Source: an uncultured Chloroflexia bacterium (GTDB taxonomy: Bacteria; Chloroflexota; Limnocylindria; Limnocylindrales; CSP1-4). Taken from it: a stretch of DNA of 64,000 bases. The notes below the pieces were generated by a model. That model was not told where the DNA came from and ran no database searches. It saw only the letters and a list, made by a program, of their open reading frames with translations. Location: positions 9,379 through 73,378 of the forward strand of contig CAVXTU010000004.1 of the NCBI GenBank assembly GCA_963764785.1. Direction: 5' to 3'. This document shows positions 53,218-64,000 of this stretch, piece by piece; positions within the stretch are counted from its first letter, which is position 1; the number at the start of each line of letters is the position of its first letter. Both the position numbers and the translations under genes were made by a program.

Positions 53218-53910
53218 TTGTCCGAGAACGAAGAATCCACGGATGCCAAGCAGCCCGTGGCGGCTGATGTGCAGCCCCGCGAGGAAGAGCTGGTGGCCGG
53301 CGTGATTGCCACCGAGTCCGACCCACATGGCGCCAGCATGGTCGCTGCGGTCGGCAACGAGGATGGCGTCCAGGCCGTGATGGCCATGGATACCGACTAC
53401 TTCAACACGGTACTCGCCGCGGAATTCGCGAGCCCCGATGCTGCCAAGGCCGCGTATCTCGCTCTTGCCGAGGCCGAGATCTCGGGTGCGCTCAGGATCG
53501 ACGGCGTCCTGGCGGTCCATGCGGATGACGCTGGCAAGATCCATATCGACAAGCTGACCGAGCACAGCACCAAGACGGGCCTGAAGTGGGGCGCGGCAGG
53601 TGGCCTGGTTCTGGGCATCCTCTTCCCGCCTTCCATCATCGCCAGCACGGTCGCCTGGGGCGTCGTCGGTGGCGCCCTCGGCAAGCTCCGCAACCTGCAT
53701 CACCGCGACCAGGTGGCGAGCCAGCTGGCGGGTGCCATCGGGCCCGGCAATTCCGGCATCCTTGCCCTTGTCCACGGCATCGACGTGTCGGCGGTGAAGG
53801 AGAAGCTGCCCGAGGCGACCAAGGTCACCACGGCCGAGGTCGACGAAGAGACCGCCAAGGACATCGCGGAAGAGGCCAAGAAGGCCGAGGGCGAGCACCC
53901 GGAAGGCTAG
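53218..53910 (+). CDS. DUF1269-like membrane protein with a glycine-zipper helix pair
   Basis: GLKWGAAGGLVLGILFPP...WGVVGGALGKL, an acidic N-terminus and an acidic C-terminus. A TTG start at 53218 lies 7 nt after agaggag, and TACAAT sits about 30 nt upstream. Confidence 0.7.
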   Translation: MSENEESTDAKQPVAADVQPREEELVAGVIATESDPHGASMVAAVGNEDGVQAVMAMDTDYFNTVLAAEFASPDAAKAAYLALAEAEISGALRIDGVLAVHADDAGKIHIDKLTEHSTKTGLKWGAAGGLVLGILFPPSIIASTVAWGVVGGALGKLRNLHHRDQVASQLAGAIGPGNSGILALVHGIDVSAVKEKLPEATKVTTAEVDEETAKDIAEEAKKAEGEHPEG

Positions 53911-53924
53911 CGACCCACATCGTT

Positions 53925-53949
53925 CGGCGGGCGTTACGAGCGCCCGCCG
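53925..53949. terminator. GC-rich hairpin between the convergent DUF1269-like gene and uvrB
   Basis: A perfect 9-bp stem (cggcgggcg / cgcccgccg) with a 7-nt loop, 15 nt after the TAG at 53910. There is no clear U-tract, as is common in GC-rich genomes. Confidence 0.55.
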
Positions 53950-54018
53950 GTTCGGGTCAAGGGACCGCGGGTCGGTTCCGCAGTGAGCCGCAGTCCGTCC
54001 TAACCTGGTCGTCCTGGC

Positions 54019-56366
54019 TCAGCGTCGGCGGCTCGGCCGAGCGCCCGTTCGCTTGATGACGTTCGGCGTCACACTGCGGTCCCAGGTGGGCCTGTCCAGC
54101 CAGCGAGCCATCCAGCCTTCGTCATCGCCCTCATGCGCATCCCGCAGGCCAGGAAAGACATCGGCAGCCGTGCCCGCATCCACTGCGACCGGCTCATCGC
54201 CGGCCGGCAACACCTTCACCTCGGTCACCTCCAGGGCCGACTCCTCACGCCGGCCGCGACGCTCACCCGCTTTCCTCGCCGCTGCACGCTCCGAGGGTTT
54301 GGCCGTCGGTGATGGCAATGGAGCGTCGACCGACTGACTCGCCGCCCGTTCGGCCGCCCTCAGCACGGTCACCGAGGCGTCCTGCTCAAGGACGCGGATA
54401 CGGATGTCCTGGATCTCATCCCGTAGAGCCGCGGCCCGCTCGAATTCGAGCTGTCGGGCCGCGTTCTTCATCTCCGCCTCGAGCTGGGCGATCATCTTCT
54501 CCACCTCAGCCTGGCTCAGTTCCGTCAGCTCCCTCGAGTCCGCGTCGTAGGCACCAGGTGCCTCGGCCACCGCTGCCAGTCGATCGTTGATGTCGCGGAT
54601 CTCCTTGACGATGGTCGTCGGCTGGATACCGTGCTTGGTGTTGTAGGCCTCCTGGATGCTGCGGCGCCGGTCGGTCTCATCGATGGCGACCTGCATCAAT
54701 TCAGTCACCCGGTCGGCGTACATGACCACCTGGCCACCGGTATTGCGCGCGGCGCGGCCGATGACCTGGATGAGGGACCAGGCGCTGCGCAGAAAGCCCT
54801 CCTTGTCCGCATCAAGGATGGCCACCAGCGTGACTTCGGGAAGGTCGATGCCCTCACGCAGGAGGTTGATGCCGACCAGCACGTCGTAGATGCCGAGACG
54901 CAGGTCACGCAGGATCTTGACCCGCTCGAGCGTGTCGACCTCGCTGTGGAGATATGACACCCGAACACCCATCTCATGAAGGTAGTCAGCCAGGTCTTCC
55001 GCCATCCGCTTGGTGAGCGTGGTGGCCAGAACGCGCTCGCCGCGATCGACACGCTCCTTGATGCGGTCGAGAAGGTCGTCGATCTGGCCCTCGGTGGGTC
55101 GGACCTCGATGGTTGGGTCCACGATCCCGGTGGGACGGATGAGCTGCTCCACGATCCCCTCGGAGCGCTGCAGCTCCCACGGCCCCGGCGTGGCGCTCAT
55201 GTGCACGACCTGGTCCAGGTGGGCGTCGAACTCCTCGAAGGTCAGCGGCCGGTTGTCCAGCGCCGACGGCAGTCGGAACCCGAAGTCGACCAGGATCTCC
55301 TTACGGGTACGGTCGTTCTTGTACATGCCCGATACCTGCGGGATGGTCATGTGGCTCTCGTCGATGACCAGCAGCCAATCGGGCGGGAAGTAGTCGAGCA
55401 GGGTCCACGGACGGGAGCCAGCCTCGCGTCGCGATAGGTGGCGACTGTAGTTCTCGATGCCGGAGCAAAAGCCCAGCTCACGCATCATCTCCAGGTCGAA
55501 GGTCGTGCGCTGCCGGAGCCGCTCTGCCTCAAGCACCATGCCCTTGGCTTCCAGCTCACCGACGCGCACTTCCATCTCAGCCTGGATGTCATCGATGGCC
55601 TCGACCAGCTTCTCCTGCGGCGTGACGTAGTGCGAAGCCGGGTAGACGCTCAGCTCGTTGCGTTCGGCCAGCACCTCGCCAGTCAGGGATCCAGCTCAGT
55701 GACCCGCTCGACCTCGTCACCGAAGAATTCCACGCGGGCGATGAAGTCGTCATAGGCCGGCTGCAACTCGAGGGTGTCGCCGCGGACCCTGAACTTGGCG
55801 CGGCTCAGAGCCTGGTCGTTGCGTGAGTACTGCAGGTCGACGAGCTGTCGAAGCACGCCATCCCGCCGATACCTGCCGCCCTTGCGCAAGCGGAGCACGG
55901 TGGCACCGTAGTCGACCGGAGCACCCAGCCCGTAGATGCACGACACGCTGGCCACGATGATGACATCGCGACGCTCGAACAGCGCCCGCGTCGCGGCGTG
56001 GCGCAGTTTGTCAATCTCGTCGTTTCGACTGGAGTCCTTCTCGATGTAGGTGTCGCTTCGGGGCAGGTAGGCCTCCGGCTGGTAGTAGTCGAAGTAGCTG
56101 ACGAAGTACTCGACCGCGTTGTTGGGGAAGAAGTCCCGGAACTCGCTGTAGAGCTGTGCCGCCAACGTCTTGTTGTGAGCCAGCACGAGGGTGGGCTTGT
56201 TGACCTGCTCGATGACCCACGAGATCGATGCCGTCTTCCCGGTGCCGGTAGCGCCCAACAGGACCTGGTGCTTCTTGCCATCCTTCACGCCACGGACGAG
56301 CTTCTCGATGGCCCGGGGCTGATCGCCGGTCGGTTTGAAGGGGGCCACCAGCTCGAACTCAGACAT
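54019..56366 (-). pseudogene. uvrB: excinuclease ABC subunit B with one frame disruption at 55686-55688
   Basis: The N-terminal part ([18 protein letters not shown]) is in ORF 55683-56411 and ends ...ELDP-stop. The rest ([15 protein letters not shown]...UVR domain) is in ORF 54019-55674. The sequence gat ccc tga ctg gcg would read [10 protein letters not shown] with one more C in the run. Length is 2348 nt, 1 short of a multiple of 3. Confidence 0.93.
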
Positions 56367-56396
56367 GCGCCCATCATACCCGACCGACCGTGAAAC

Positions 56397-56411
56397 CGAA
56401 CGGGTGTTCAC
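56397..56411. promoter_or_regulatory. candidate LexA (Cheo/SOS) box CGAAC-GGGT-GTTCAC upstream of uvrB
   Basis: A perfect GAAC-N4-GTTC palindrome 31-45 nt upstream of the uvrB ATG at 56366. uvrB is a classical SOS regulon member in Gram-positive-type bacteria. Confidence 0.55.
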
Positions 56412-56633
56412 GAACGTGGACCGCCGCAGCGGCCGACATACGCTCGGTTCCGGTACTGCGAAGAGCGGTCCGGGTAGGTGCTGGGCAGAAATGAGTCCTA
56501 TGGGCCACTACCCGATGGGTCCATGGCGACCAGGGGGCGCCTGAGTCGATGCTTTCGGCTGCACGGTAAGGGCGCAGTGCGTCCCCGCCTAAAGCCCTTA
56601 TCCAACGCGACTTGCGCACAGGAGCCTGCCACC

Positions 56634-57593
56634 ATGGAGATGGAGTTCAAGGACAACAGCCGACGTCGGACGTTGGTACTCGTCGTCGGAGTGTTGCTGG
56701 CCCTTGGGGCCGGTGCTGCAGCATTCATGCTCAGCAACCAGGGAACCAAGGAGACTGAAGCGGTCTTCCCGACGCGCGACATCGTGGTGGCCGCAGCGCC
56801 CATCAATGCTCGCGATACGATCGACGCGACGATGGTGTCCGTACGCCCGGTCCCTATCGATGACACCAATGCCACGGCTATCACCGACAGCAGCCTGGTG
56901 GTCGGCCGGATCGCGGCCATCCCCATCACGCAGTTCCAGCCCATCACCGCGAACATGCTGGCCACGAACACCGGCCCCGGCCAGGTCTCCATCCTCGGCC
57001 CCGATGAGACCGTGGCTCCCGACTCCCCGATCCTGCGGGCCGTCAGCCTGACTGTCCCGGCAGATCGAGCCGTGGGTGGCCTGGTCGACAGTGGCCAGCG
57101 AGTCGACATCCTGGCCACCTTCCCCATGGCGGTGTCGCTCCCGATCGATCCGGCGACCGGCCAGCCCATCGACGCCGAGACCGGGACTGGACTGCCCTAC
57201 ACCGAGGGCACCAGCACCAAGCTCATGTGGCTCGATGTGAAGGTCATCAGCCACACGCCTGAGACCGACCAGTACATCATGCGCATGGATCTGCAGACTG
57301 CAGAAGAGGTCGCACAGGCCCAGAACCAGGGTGCGCAGTTCACCATGGTGCTTCGGCCCGAGGTCGATACCCGCGACGTCGATCGCAGCGACTACGGCGA
57401 GACCAACGACACCCTGCTGACGCGATACAACTTCCGGGTGCCCGAGACCATCGACGGCACGACCTATCCACAGCCGATCGCGTTCCCATCGCCCTTCCCC
57501 AACGAACCGTATCTCTCGGCCGCACCTGAACTGCTGCCGTCGCCGAGCCCCGATGCCGCCCTCATCGGATCCGACGAGTCGCCACAGCCCTAG
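56634..57593 (+). CDS. cpaB: CpaB/RcpC-like Flp pilus assembly protein (SAF domain), orphan
   Basis: An N-terminal TM helix (LVLVVGVLLALGAGAAAFML), a SAF-like IVVAAAPINARDTIDATMV, RAVSLTVPADRAVGGLVDSGQRVDIL, and a Pro-rich tail. The ATG at 56634 follows caggag; the ORF track starts at 56478. Confidence 0.78.
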   Translation: MEMEFKDNSRRRTLVLVVGVLLALGAGAAAFMLSNQGTKETEAVFPTRDIVVAAAPINARDTIDATMVSVRPVPIDDTNATAITDSSLVVGRIAAIPITQFQPITANMLATNTGPGQVSILGPDETVAPDSPILRAVSLTVPADRAVGGLVDSGQRVDILATFPMAVSLPIDPATGQPIDAETGTGLPYTEGTSTKLMWLDVKVISHTPETDQYIMRMDLQTAEEVAQAQNQGAQFTMVLRPEVDTRDVDRSDYGETNDTLLTRYNFRVPETIDGTTYPQPIAFPSPFPNEPYLSAAPELLPSPSPDAALIGSDESPQP

Positions 57594-58266
57594 CGGCGCT
57601 CCACGGGCCCCCAGATAGGCCCGGCGAACCGAGGCGCAAGTACCTCCGCGAGTGCATCCTCGATGCACTCGCGGAGGTTTTCCTTCGTACCCGTACTGTC
57701 GATGCGACGGTCGGCACGCGCTGCCAGGCGATCCGCAAGATCCGGACCCTGGGCCCCGATGCGGCGCTCGATGTCGGCCGCGTCCATGCCACGATCGATG
57801 AGCCTGGCCCGCTGGACATCCGCTCCGCACTCGATGAGCCAGACCTCATCACAGCGGTCGGCCAGTCCACCCTCGATCAACTTGATGGCCTCCACGACCA
57901 GGAACGGGTCGCCATCCCGTTGGGCACGCTCGATGCGCTCGTCCAGCAGCGTGCGGACGCCTGGGTGCACGATGGCCTCCAGGTCGCGCAGCGCCACCGG
58001 GTCACGGAAAACGAGCGCACCCAACGTGCCTCGATCAAGCACGCCAGATGATTCGAAGACCGTATCGCCAAAGCGATCGCGGATCGCCCGTAGCGCCGGC
58101 TGGCCAGGTCCGGTGACTGTCCGAGCCAACGCGTCAGCGTCGACGAACACCCCGCCGAGCTCGACCAGCATGACCCCCACGGTGGACTTGCCGCAGCCGA
58201 TCGGCCCGGTGAGACCGATGATCACGATGGTCCCTTGGGGTGATCCCGGCATAGACCCGACGTGGC

Positions 58267-58270
<4 letters not shown>
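57590..58270 (-). CDS. coaE: dephospho-CoA kinase
   Basis: IGLTGPIGCGKST is the Walker A motif, followed by DADALAR. It overlaps the ABC-F stop by 4 nt. Confidence 0.9.
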
Positions 58271-60264
<1,994 letters not shown>

Positions 60265-60284
60265 GGTTCCCTAGTGTCCCCGAT

Positions 60285-61337
60285 TCACCCCCGGACGCGT
60301 CGGCTAGGTGGCAGGTGCCCCGTGGCCTGCTCGAATGATGGTCCTTCGACTCGGTCGACGAGTCCCGGTCCGCCCAGCTCGGACCAGTTCCGTCCCCGAC
60401 GTCCCGAGCGAGTCGCGCTGGCCGCCAGCGTGCCAGTGGTGCCATGCCGGTCACGGCCCGGCAGGCGCTGACACCACGAGCAGAAGTGCGTGCCGCGTTG
60501 TGCCAGCACCAACCGCCGGATCGGTCGACCACAGCGGTGACAGGGTTGGCCGGTGCGCTGGTAGACATCGAGGTGTTCCTGCATCTCACCGTCGCCCTCC
60601 GGCGCGGTGTAGTCATCGACCGACGAACCACGACGCTGGACCGCCTCGCTGAGCACCCCACGGATGGCCAGGTACAACCGCCGCTCCTGCTCGACACTGA
60701 GCGTATCCAGGGAGCGCAGTGGGTGCAACCGCGCACGCCACAGGGATTCGTCGGCATAGATGTTGCCGATGCCGGCGATGAACGTCTGGTCCAGCAGCGC
60801 GGACTTCAGACGGCCCCGGCGACGCCGCAGGCGCGCCCGGAAGGCGGCCACCGTGAACGCGTCGTCGAGTGGCTCGGGCCCATGCTCCGAGAACAGCCCA
60901 CCCGACTCATCCGCACCAAGGATGACGCCGTCGACGTCGCGCCGATACAGCCCCACACGCCCGAACTTGCGCACGTCCCGAAAGAGCAACCAGCGTCGAC
61001 CCGGATGGTGACCACCGCTGATCACCGGCCCCGGACCCAGCGTCAGCCGCAGGTGGACATGCTTATCGTGGACGGTGCCCTCGGGGAGCACGAACAGCTG
61101 GCCGGTCATCTTGACCTGGATGGGCAGGACCAGGTCGTCAGAGAGATCGATGACCAGCCACTTGGCACGACGGCCGACCGCCGTCACACGACGGCCCGTG
61201 ATTAGTCGCGCGAACCGCTCCGGCGTGGGGTAGCGGATGACCTGGTCCCAGTCCCACCAGGCGCCCAGGATGGTGGCACCCACGATCAACGGCGCCAGGT
61301 CCCGCGCCATGGTCTCGACCTCAGGCAGCTCGGGCAT
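60285..61337 (-). CDS. mutM: formamidopyrimidine-DNA glycosylase (Fpg/MutM) with a C-terminal tail of about 60 aa
   Basis: MPELPEVE N-terminus, an H2TH region, and a zinc finger (CHRCGRPI...HFCSWCQ). The tail after CQR is Arg/Gly-rich with visibly lower third-position GC. Confidence 0.9.
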   Translation of the reverse strand: MPELPEVETMARDLAPLIVGATILGAWWDWDQVIRYPTPERFARLITGRRVTAVGRRAKWLVIDLSDDLVLPIQVKMTGQLFVLPEGTVHDKHVHLRLTLGPGPVISGGHHPGRRWLLFRDVRKFGRVGLYRRDVDGVILGADESGGLFSEHGPEPLDDAFTVAAFRARLRRRRGRLKSALLDQTFIAGIGNIYADESLWRARLHPLRSLDTLSVEQERRLYLAIRGVLSEAVQRRGSSVDDYTAPEGDGEMQEHLDVYQRTGQPCHRCGRPIRRLVLAQRGTHFCSWCQRLPGRDRHGTTGTLAASATRSGRRGRNWSELGGPGLVDRVEGPSFEQATGHLPPSRRVRG

Positions 61338-61343
61338 GGACGA

Positions 61344-64000
61344 CTACGCTGGCTCCAGCAGGGTCATCGAGTCCCAATCGGTGCCCGACTTGATATCCAC
61401 GTCGAGTGGCACATCCAGTTTGAGCGCGCCCTCCATGACCTCCCGGACCAGTGGAGCCAGCGAATCCACGGCCCCTTCGGGGACCTCCAGCAAGACCTCA
61501 TCGTGGACTGACAGCAGCATGCGTGCGGCGGCGCGCTCCGAGCTGAGCCGTTCATGCAGGCGGATGAGGGCGATCTTCATGATGTCCGCCGCAGTGCCCT
61601 GGATGGGCATGTTGATGGCCATGCGTTCGCCGGCGTTGCGCAGCGCCGCGTTGCGGGCACTGAGCTCAGGGATCCAGCGGCGACGGCCCAGCAAGGTCTC
61701 GACGTAGCCCTGCTCCTGGGCGATCTGCTTGATGTGGACCATGTACCGCGCGATGCCGCCATACGCGCCGAAGTACGACTCGATGAAGGCGCGTGCTTCC
61801 TCGCGCGGGATGCCGGCGCGCGTGGCCAAGCCGTAGTCGCTCATGCCGTAGGCCAGCCCGAAATTGACCATCTTGGCCATCGATCGTTCATCAGCCGTGA
61901 CGTCGGCGGCGTCCTTCTTGAGCACGCGGGCGGCCGTCTCGCGATGGATATCGGCTCGCCGCGCGAACGCTTCCTTGAGATGCACATCACCCGACACGTG
62001 GGCCAGCACGCGTAGCTCGATCTGGCTGTAGTCCGCCGCCAGCAGGACGAGGCCGTCGCCGCCAGCAGCGAAGGCGCTTCGGATCTTGCGGCCGAGCGGC
62101 GTCCGGATGGGGATGTTCTGCAGGTTGGGATCGGCGGAGGACAGACGCCCGGTCGAGGCCACCGCCTGCTGGAAGGTCGTGTGCAGGCGCGAGGTTCGCT
62201 CGTCGATCAGCGTCGGCAAGGCGTCGACGTAGGTCGACTTGAGCTTGCTATAGGTGCGCCAGTCGAGCAACATCGGCACCATCGGGTGCGCCGCCCGAAG
62301 CTCCTCGAGCACCTGCGCGTTGGTGCTGTAGCCAGTCTTGGTTCGTTTGCCCCTGGGTAGGTCCAGCTCGTAGAACAGCACCTGTTCCAGCTGTTTGGGG
62401 CTACCCAGGTTGAATTCGTGGCCGACGGATGCCCAGATGTCCTCCTGCAGCCGCGCGATCGTCTCACCGAAGGTCTGGGCCAGCTCACCGAGTGACCCTC
62501 GGTCGATGGCGACGCCGGTGGCTTCGAGATCCGCCAGCACCGGTACCAGCGGCAGCTCCAGTTCTTCGAGGATCCGTGTCTGCTCCGGCTCATCGGCCAG
62601 GGCACGGCGTAGCACCTCGGTGGTGGCCCCGACCGCGGCTGCCTCGACCGCCGCCCGCAGGGCGCCGACCAGGTCACCCTGAGGCGGTAGCGTGATGTCC
62701 AGCCGCTCGTTGCAGATATCCACGAGCGTCTGGCTCCGTAGCGCGGCGTTGAGGATGTAGGCGGCGATCTGCGTGTCGAACCTCACCTCCGGAAGTGACC
62801 CACCGGAGGCGCTCAGCGATGCCCTCGCGGTCGGATCGCGGCGCGCCAGCTCCCACACGAGCAGGGGCTTGACCTCGTGCCCGATGAGCGGCCGGCCCGA
62901 GTCAAGCACGGCTGCGGCGAGGGCCACGGCCGGCTCGCCCTCCGCGGCCACGATGCGACCACCCGATCCGGCCACCGAGATCGCCGTGGGATTGCCGCGA
63001 CGAGGACGGTCGTCGTCGAAGACCACGCCCACGACCAACTCGCGCTGGGCGGCCAGCCACGCCTTCGAGTCTGCTCCGGCCTCGAAGGCCTCTACCACGG
63101 ACGGGTCGGCCAGCACCGCCCGCAACCGCTCGACCGCATCGAGCCCTTCGGTGGTAGCGCCCTCGGCGGCCACCGCCATCGCAGGAGCGCGAGCGCCGGA
63201 TACGGCACCGAAGTCCAGGGTCAGCTGCAAGCCACTGCCCTCTCCCGCGTCTTCGCTGGCGGCTCGCTTGCGTGTTCGCCCTGGCACCACCGCCGCTGGG
63301 ATCGGCCCGCCACGGTCTGCAGCCTTGAGAAGTTCCCCCGGGGCCGGTTCATCCTCGCCAGCTACCTTGGGCAGTCGTTCCACGAGCGAACGGAACTCGT
63401 ACTCGCGGAACAGCCGGATGACCTCAGCTCGGTCATAGCCATCGAGACGGCCGGCTGCGAGGTCAAGCTCGATGGGTGCCAGACGATCGATGGTGACCAG
63501 CTCGCGCCACAACATCACGTCGTCATGGTGGTCCTTGAGCTTGTCGCGCAGCTTGTCCGGCTTGACCTCACCGATGTTGGCGTAGACGCCCTCCAGCGAA
63601 CCGTGCGCCAGCAGCACCTTGGCCGCGGTCTTGTCACCGACTCCCGGGATGCCTGGGATGTTGTCGGTGGAGTCGCCCTTGAGCGCCTTGAAGTCGATCA
63701 TCTGGCCAGGGTCCAGGCCGTAGCGCTCGTGGATCCGCTCAGGATCGTAGATGACCGTGGCGTTGACGCCCAGTCGTGTGGTCATCAGCTTGGTCCGGTC
63801 GGTCACCAGCTGGAGCATGTCCAGGTCGCCCGAGACGATGATGGTCTCGAGATCGTGGAGCTCGGCCTGCCGGGACAGCGAGCCGATGAGGTCGTCGGCC
63901 TCGAAGCCTTCCACCTCGTAGATCGGGATGCCGAACGCGCTCAGCGTCTCTCGCACGATGGGGAACTGGTCGCGCAGGTCATCGGGCGTGGGGCGTCGCG
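61344..64000 (-). CDS. polA: DNA polymerase I, 5' end beyond the window
   Basis: 5'-nuclease motifs (FEADDLIG), a 3'-5' exo-like region, and polymerase motifs (DYSQIELR, QVHDE-like SVHDEVLLE). The frame stays open upstream of the GTG at 63956 (RRPTPDDLRDQFPIV), so the gene is truncated by the window edge. Confidence 0.95.
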   Translation of the reverse strand, partial: RRPTPDDLRDQFPIVRETLSAFGIPIYEVEGFEADDLIGSLSRQAELHDLETIIVSGDLDMLQLVTDRTKLMTTRLGVNATVIYDPERIHERYGLDPGQMIDFKALKGDSTDNIPGIPGVGDKTAAKVLLAHGSLEGVYANIGEVKPDKLRDKLKDHHDDVMLWRELVTIDRLAPIELDLAAGRLDGYDRAEVIRLFREYEFRSLVERLPKVAGEDEPAPGELLKAADRGGPIPAAVVPGRTRKRAASEDAGEGSGLQLTLDFGAVSGARAPAMAVAAEGATTEGLDAVERLRAVLADPSVVEAFEAGADSKAWLAAQRELVVGVVFDDDRPRRGNPTAISVAGSGGRIVAAEGEPAVALAAAVLDSGRPLIGHEVKPLLVWELARRDPTARASLSASGGSLPEVRFDTQIAAYILNAALRSQTLVDICNERLDITLPPQGDLVGALRAAVEAAAVGATTEVLRRALADEPEQTRILEELELPLVPVLADLEATGVAIDRGSLGELAQTFGETIARLQEDIWASVGHEFNLGSPKQLEQVLFYELDLPRGKRTKTGYSTNAQVLEELRAAHPMVPMLLDWRTYSKLKSTYVDALPTLIDERTSRLHTTFQQAVASTGRLSSADPNLQNIPIRTPLGRKIRSAFAAGGDGLVLLAADYSQIELRVLAHVSGDVHLKEAFARRADIHRETAARVLKKDAADVTADERSMAKMVNFGLAYGMSDYGLATRAGIPREEARAFIESYFGAYGGIARYMVHIKQIAQEQGYVETLLGRRRWIPELSARNAALRNAGERMAINMPIQGTAADIMKIALIRLHERLSSERAAARMLLSVHDEVLLEVPEGAVDSLAPLVREVMEGALKLDVPLDVDIKSGTDWDSMTLLEPA

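Noticed and set aside
56634-57593. Possible tad/Flp pilus locus
   Set aside because: Only the cpaB-like gene is present. No ATPase, platform, prepilin or peptidase genes occur anywhere in the window, so I report it as an orphan gene rather than a pilus system.

Overview
GC-rich bacterial chromosomal window (about two-thirds G+C by eye), densely packed with housekeeping genes on both strands. I found no integrase, transposase, CRISPR array, toxin-antitoxin pair or defence-type gene.

Gene layout:
- Positions 482-16496 form one co-directional minus-strand array: hypothetical membrane protein, uvrC, secD, secF, recJ, TolB-like propeller, tatA, tatC, rapZ, yvcK, whiA, tpiA, gpmI, secG, then tRNA-Leu(CAG), tRNA-Leu(GAG) and tRNA-Val(TAC).
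- Next come a short UvrD-like helicase, a redoxin lipoprotein, an SRPBCC protein, uvrA, cydAB and ndh.
- A sugar-phosphate block follows: aldose epimerase, pgl, gnd, zwf, Cof-type HAD, pgi, tal, ROK glk, rpiA.
- Then an ABC1 kinase and a glucan or compatible-solute block: GH63-like hydrolase, glgX, SDR, GH15.
- Then MFS, gadB, a 6-TM protein, a second MFS, an AI-2E permease, a DUF1269-like protein, uvrB, an orphan cpaB, coaE, an ABC-F ATPase, mutM and polA (5' end off-window).

The rapZ-yvcK-whiA block, the actinobacterial-type Pgi and Tal, and the GH15/GH63 enzymes suggest an Actinomycetota-like lineage. I cannot assign it further.

I do not see a convincing new multi-gene system; this reads as an ordinary core region. 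The most striking signal is a local burst of about 31 single-nucleotide frame disruptions, mostly apparent insertions, confined to pgi-tal-glk (31.7-35.6 kb). There are only 3-5 such events in the other 60 kb (whiA, rapZ, uvrB, probably the zwf 3' end). A locally unpolished consensus is the most likely cause, but it should be checked.

Secondary leads:
- a gadB operon with no GadC-type antiporter
- an orphan CpaB gene divergent from uvrB, sharing an intergenic region that carries a LexA-type box
- glgX translationally coupled to a GH63-like hydrolase
- unusual extensions or insertions in SecF, UvrB and YvcK
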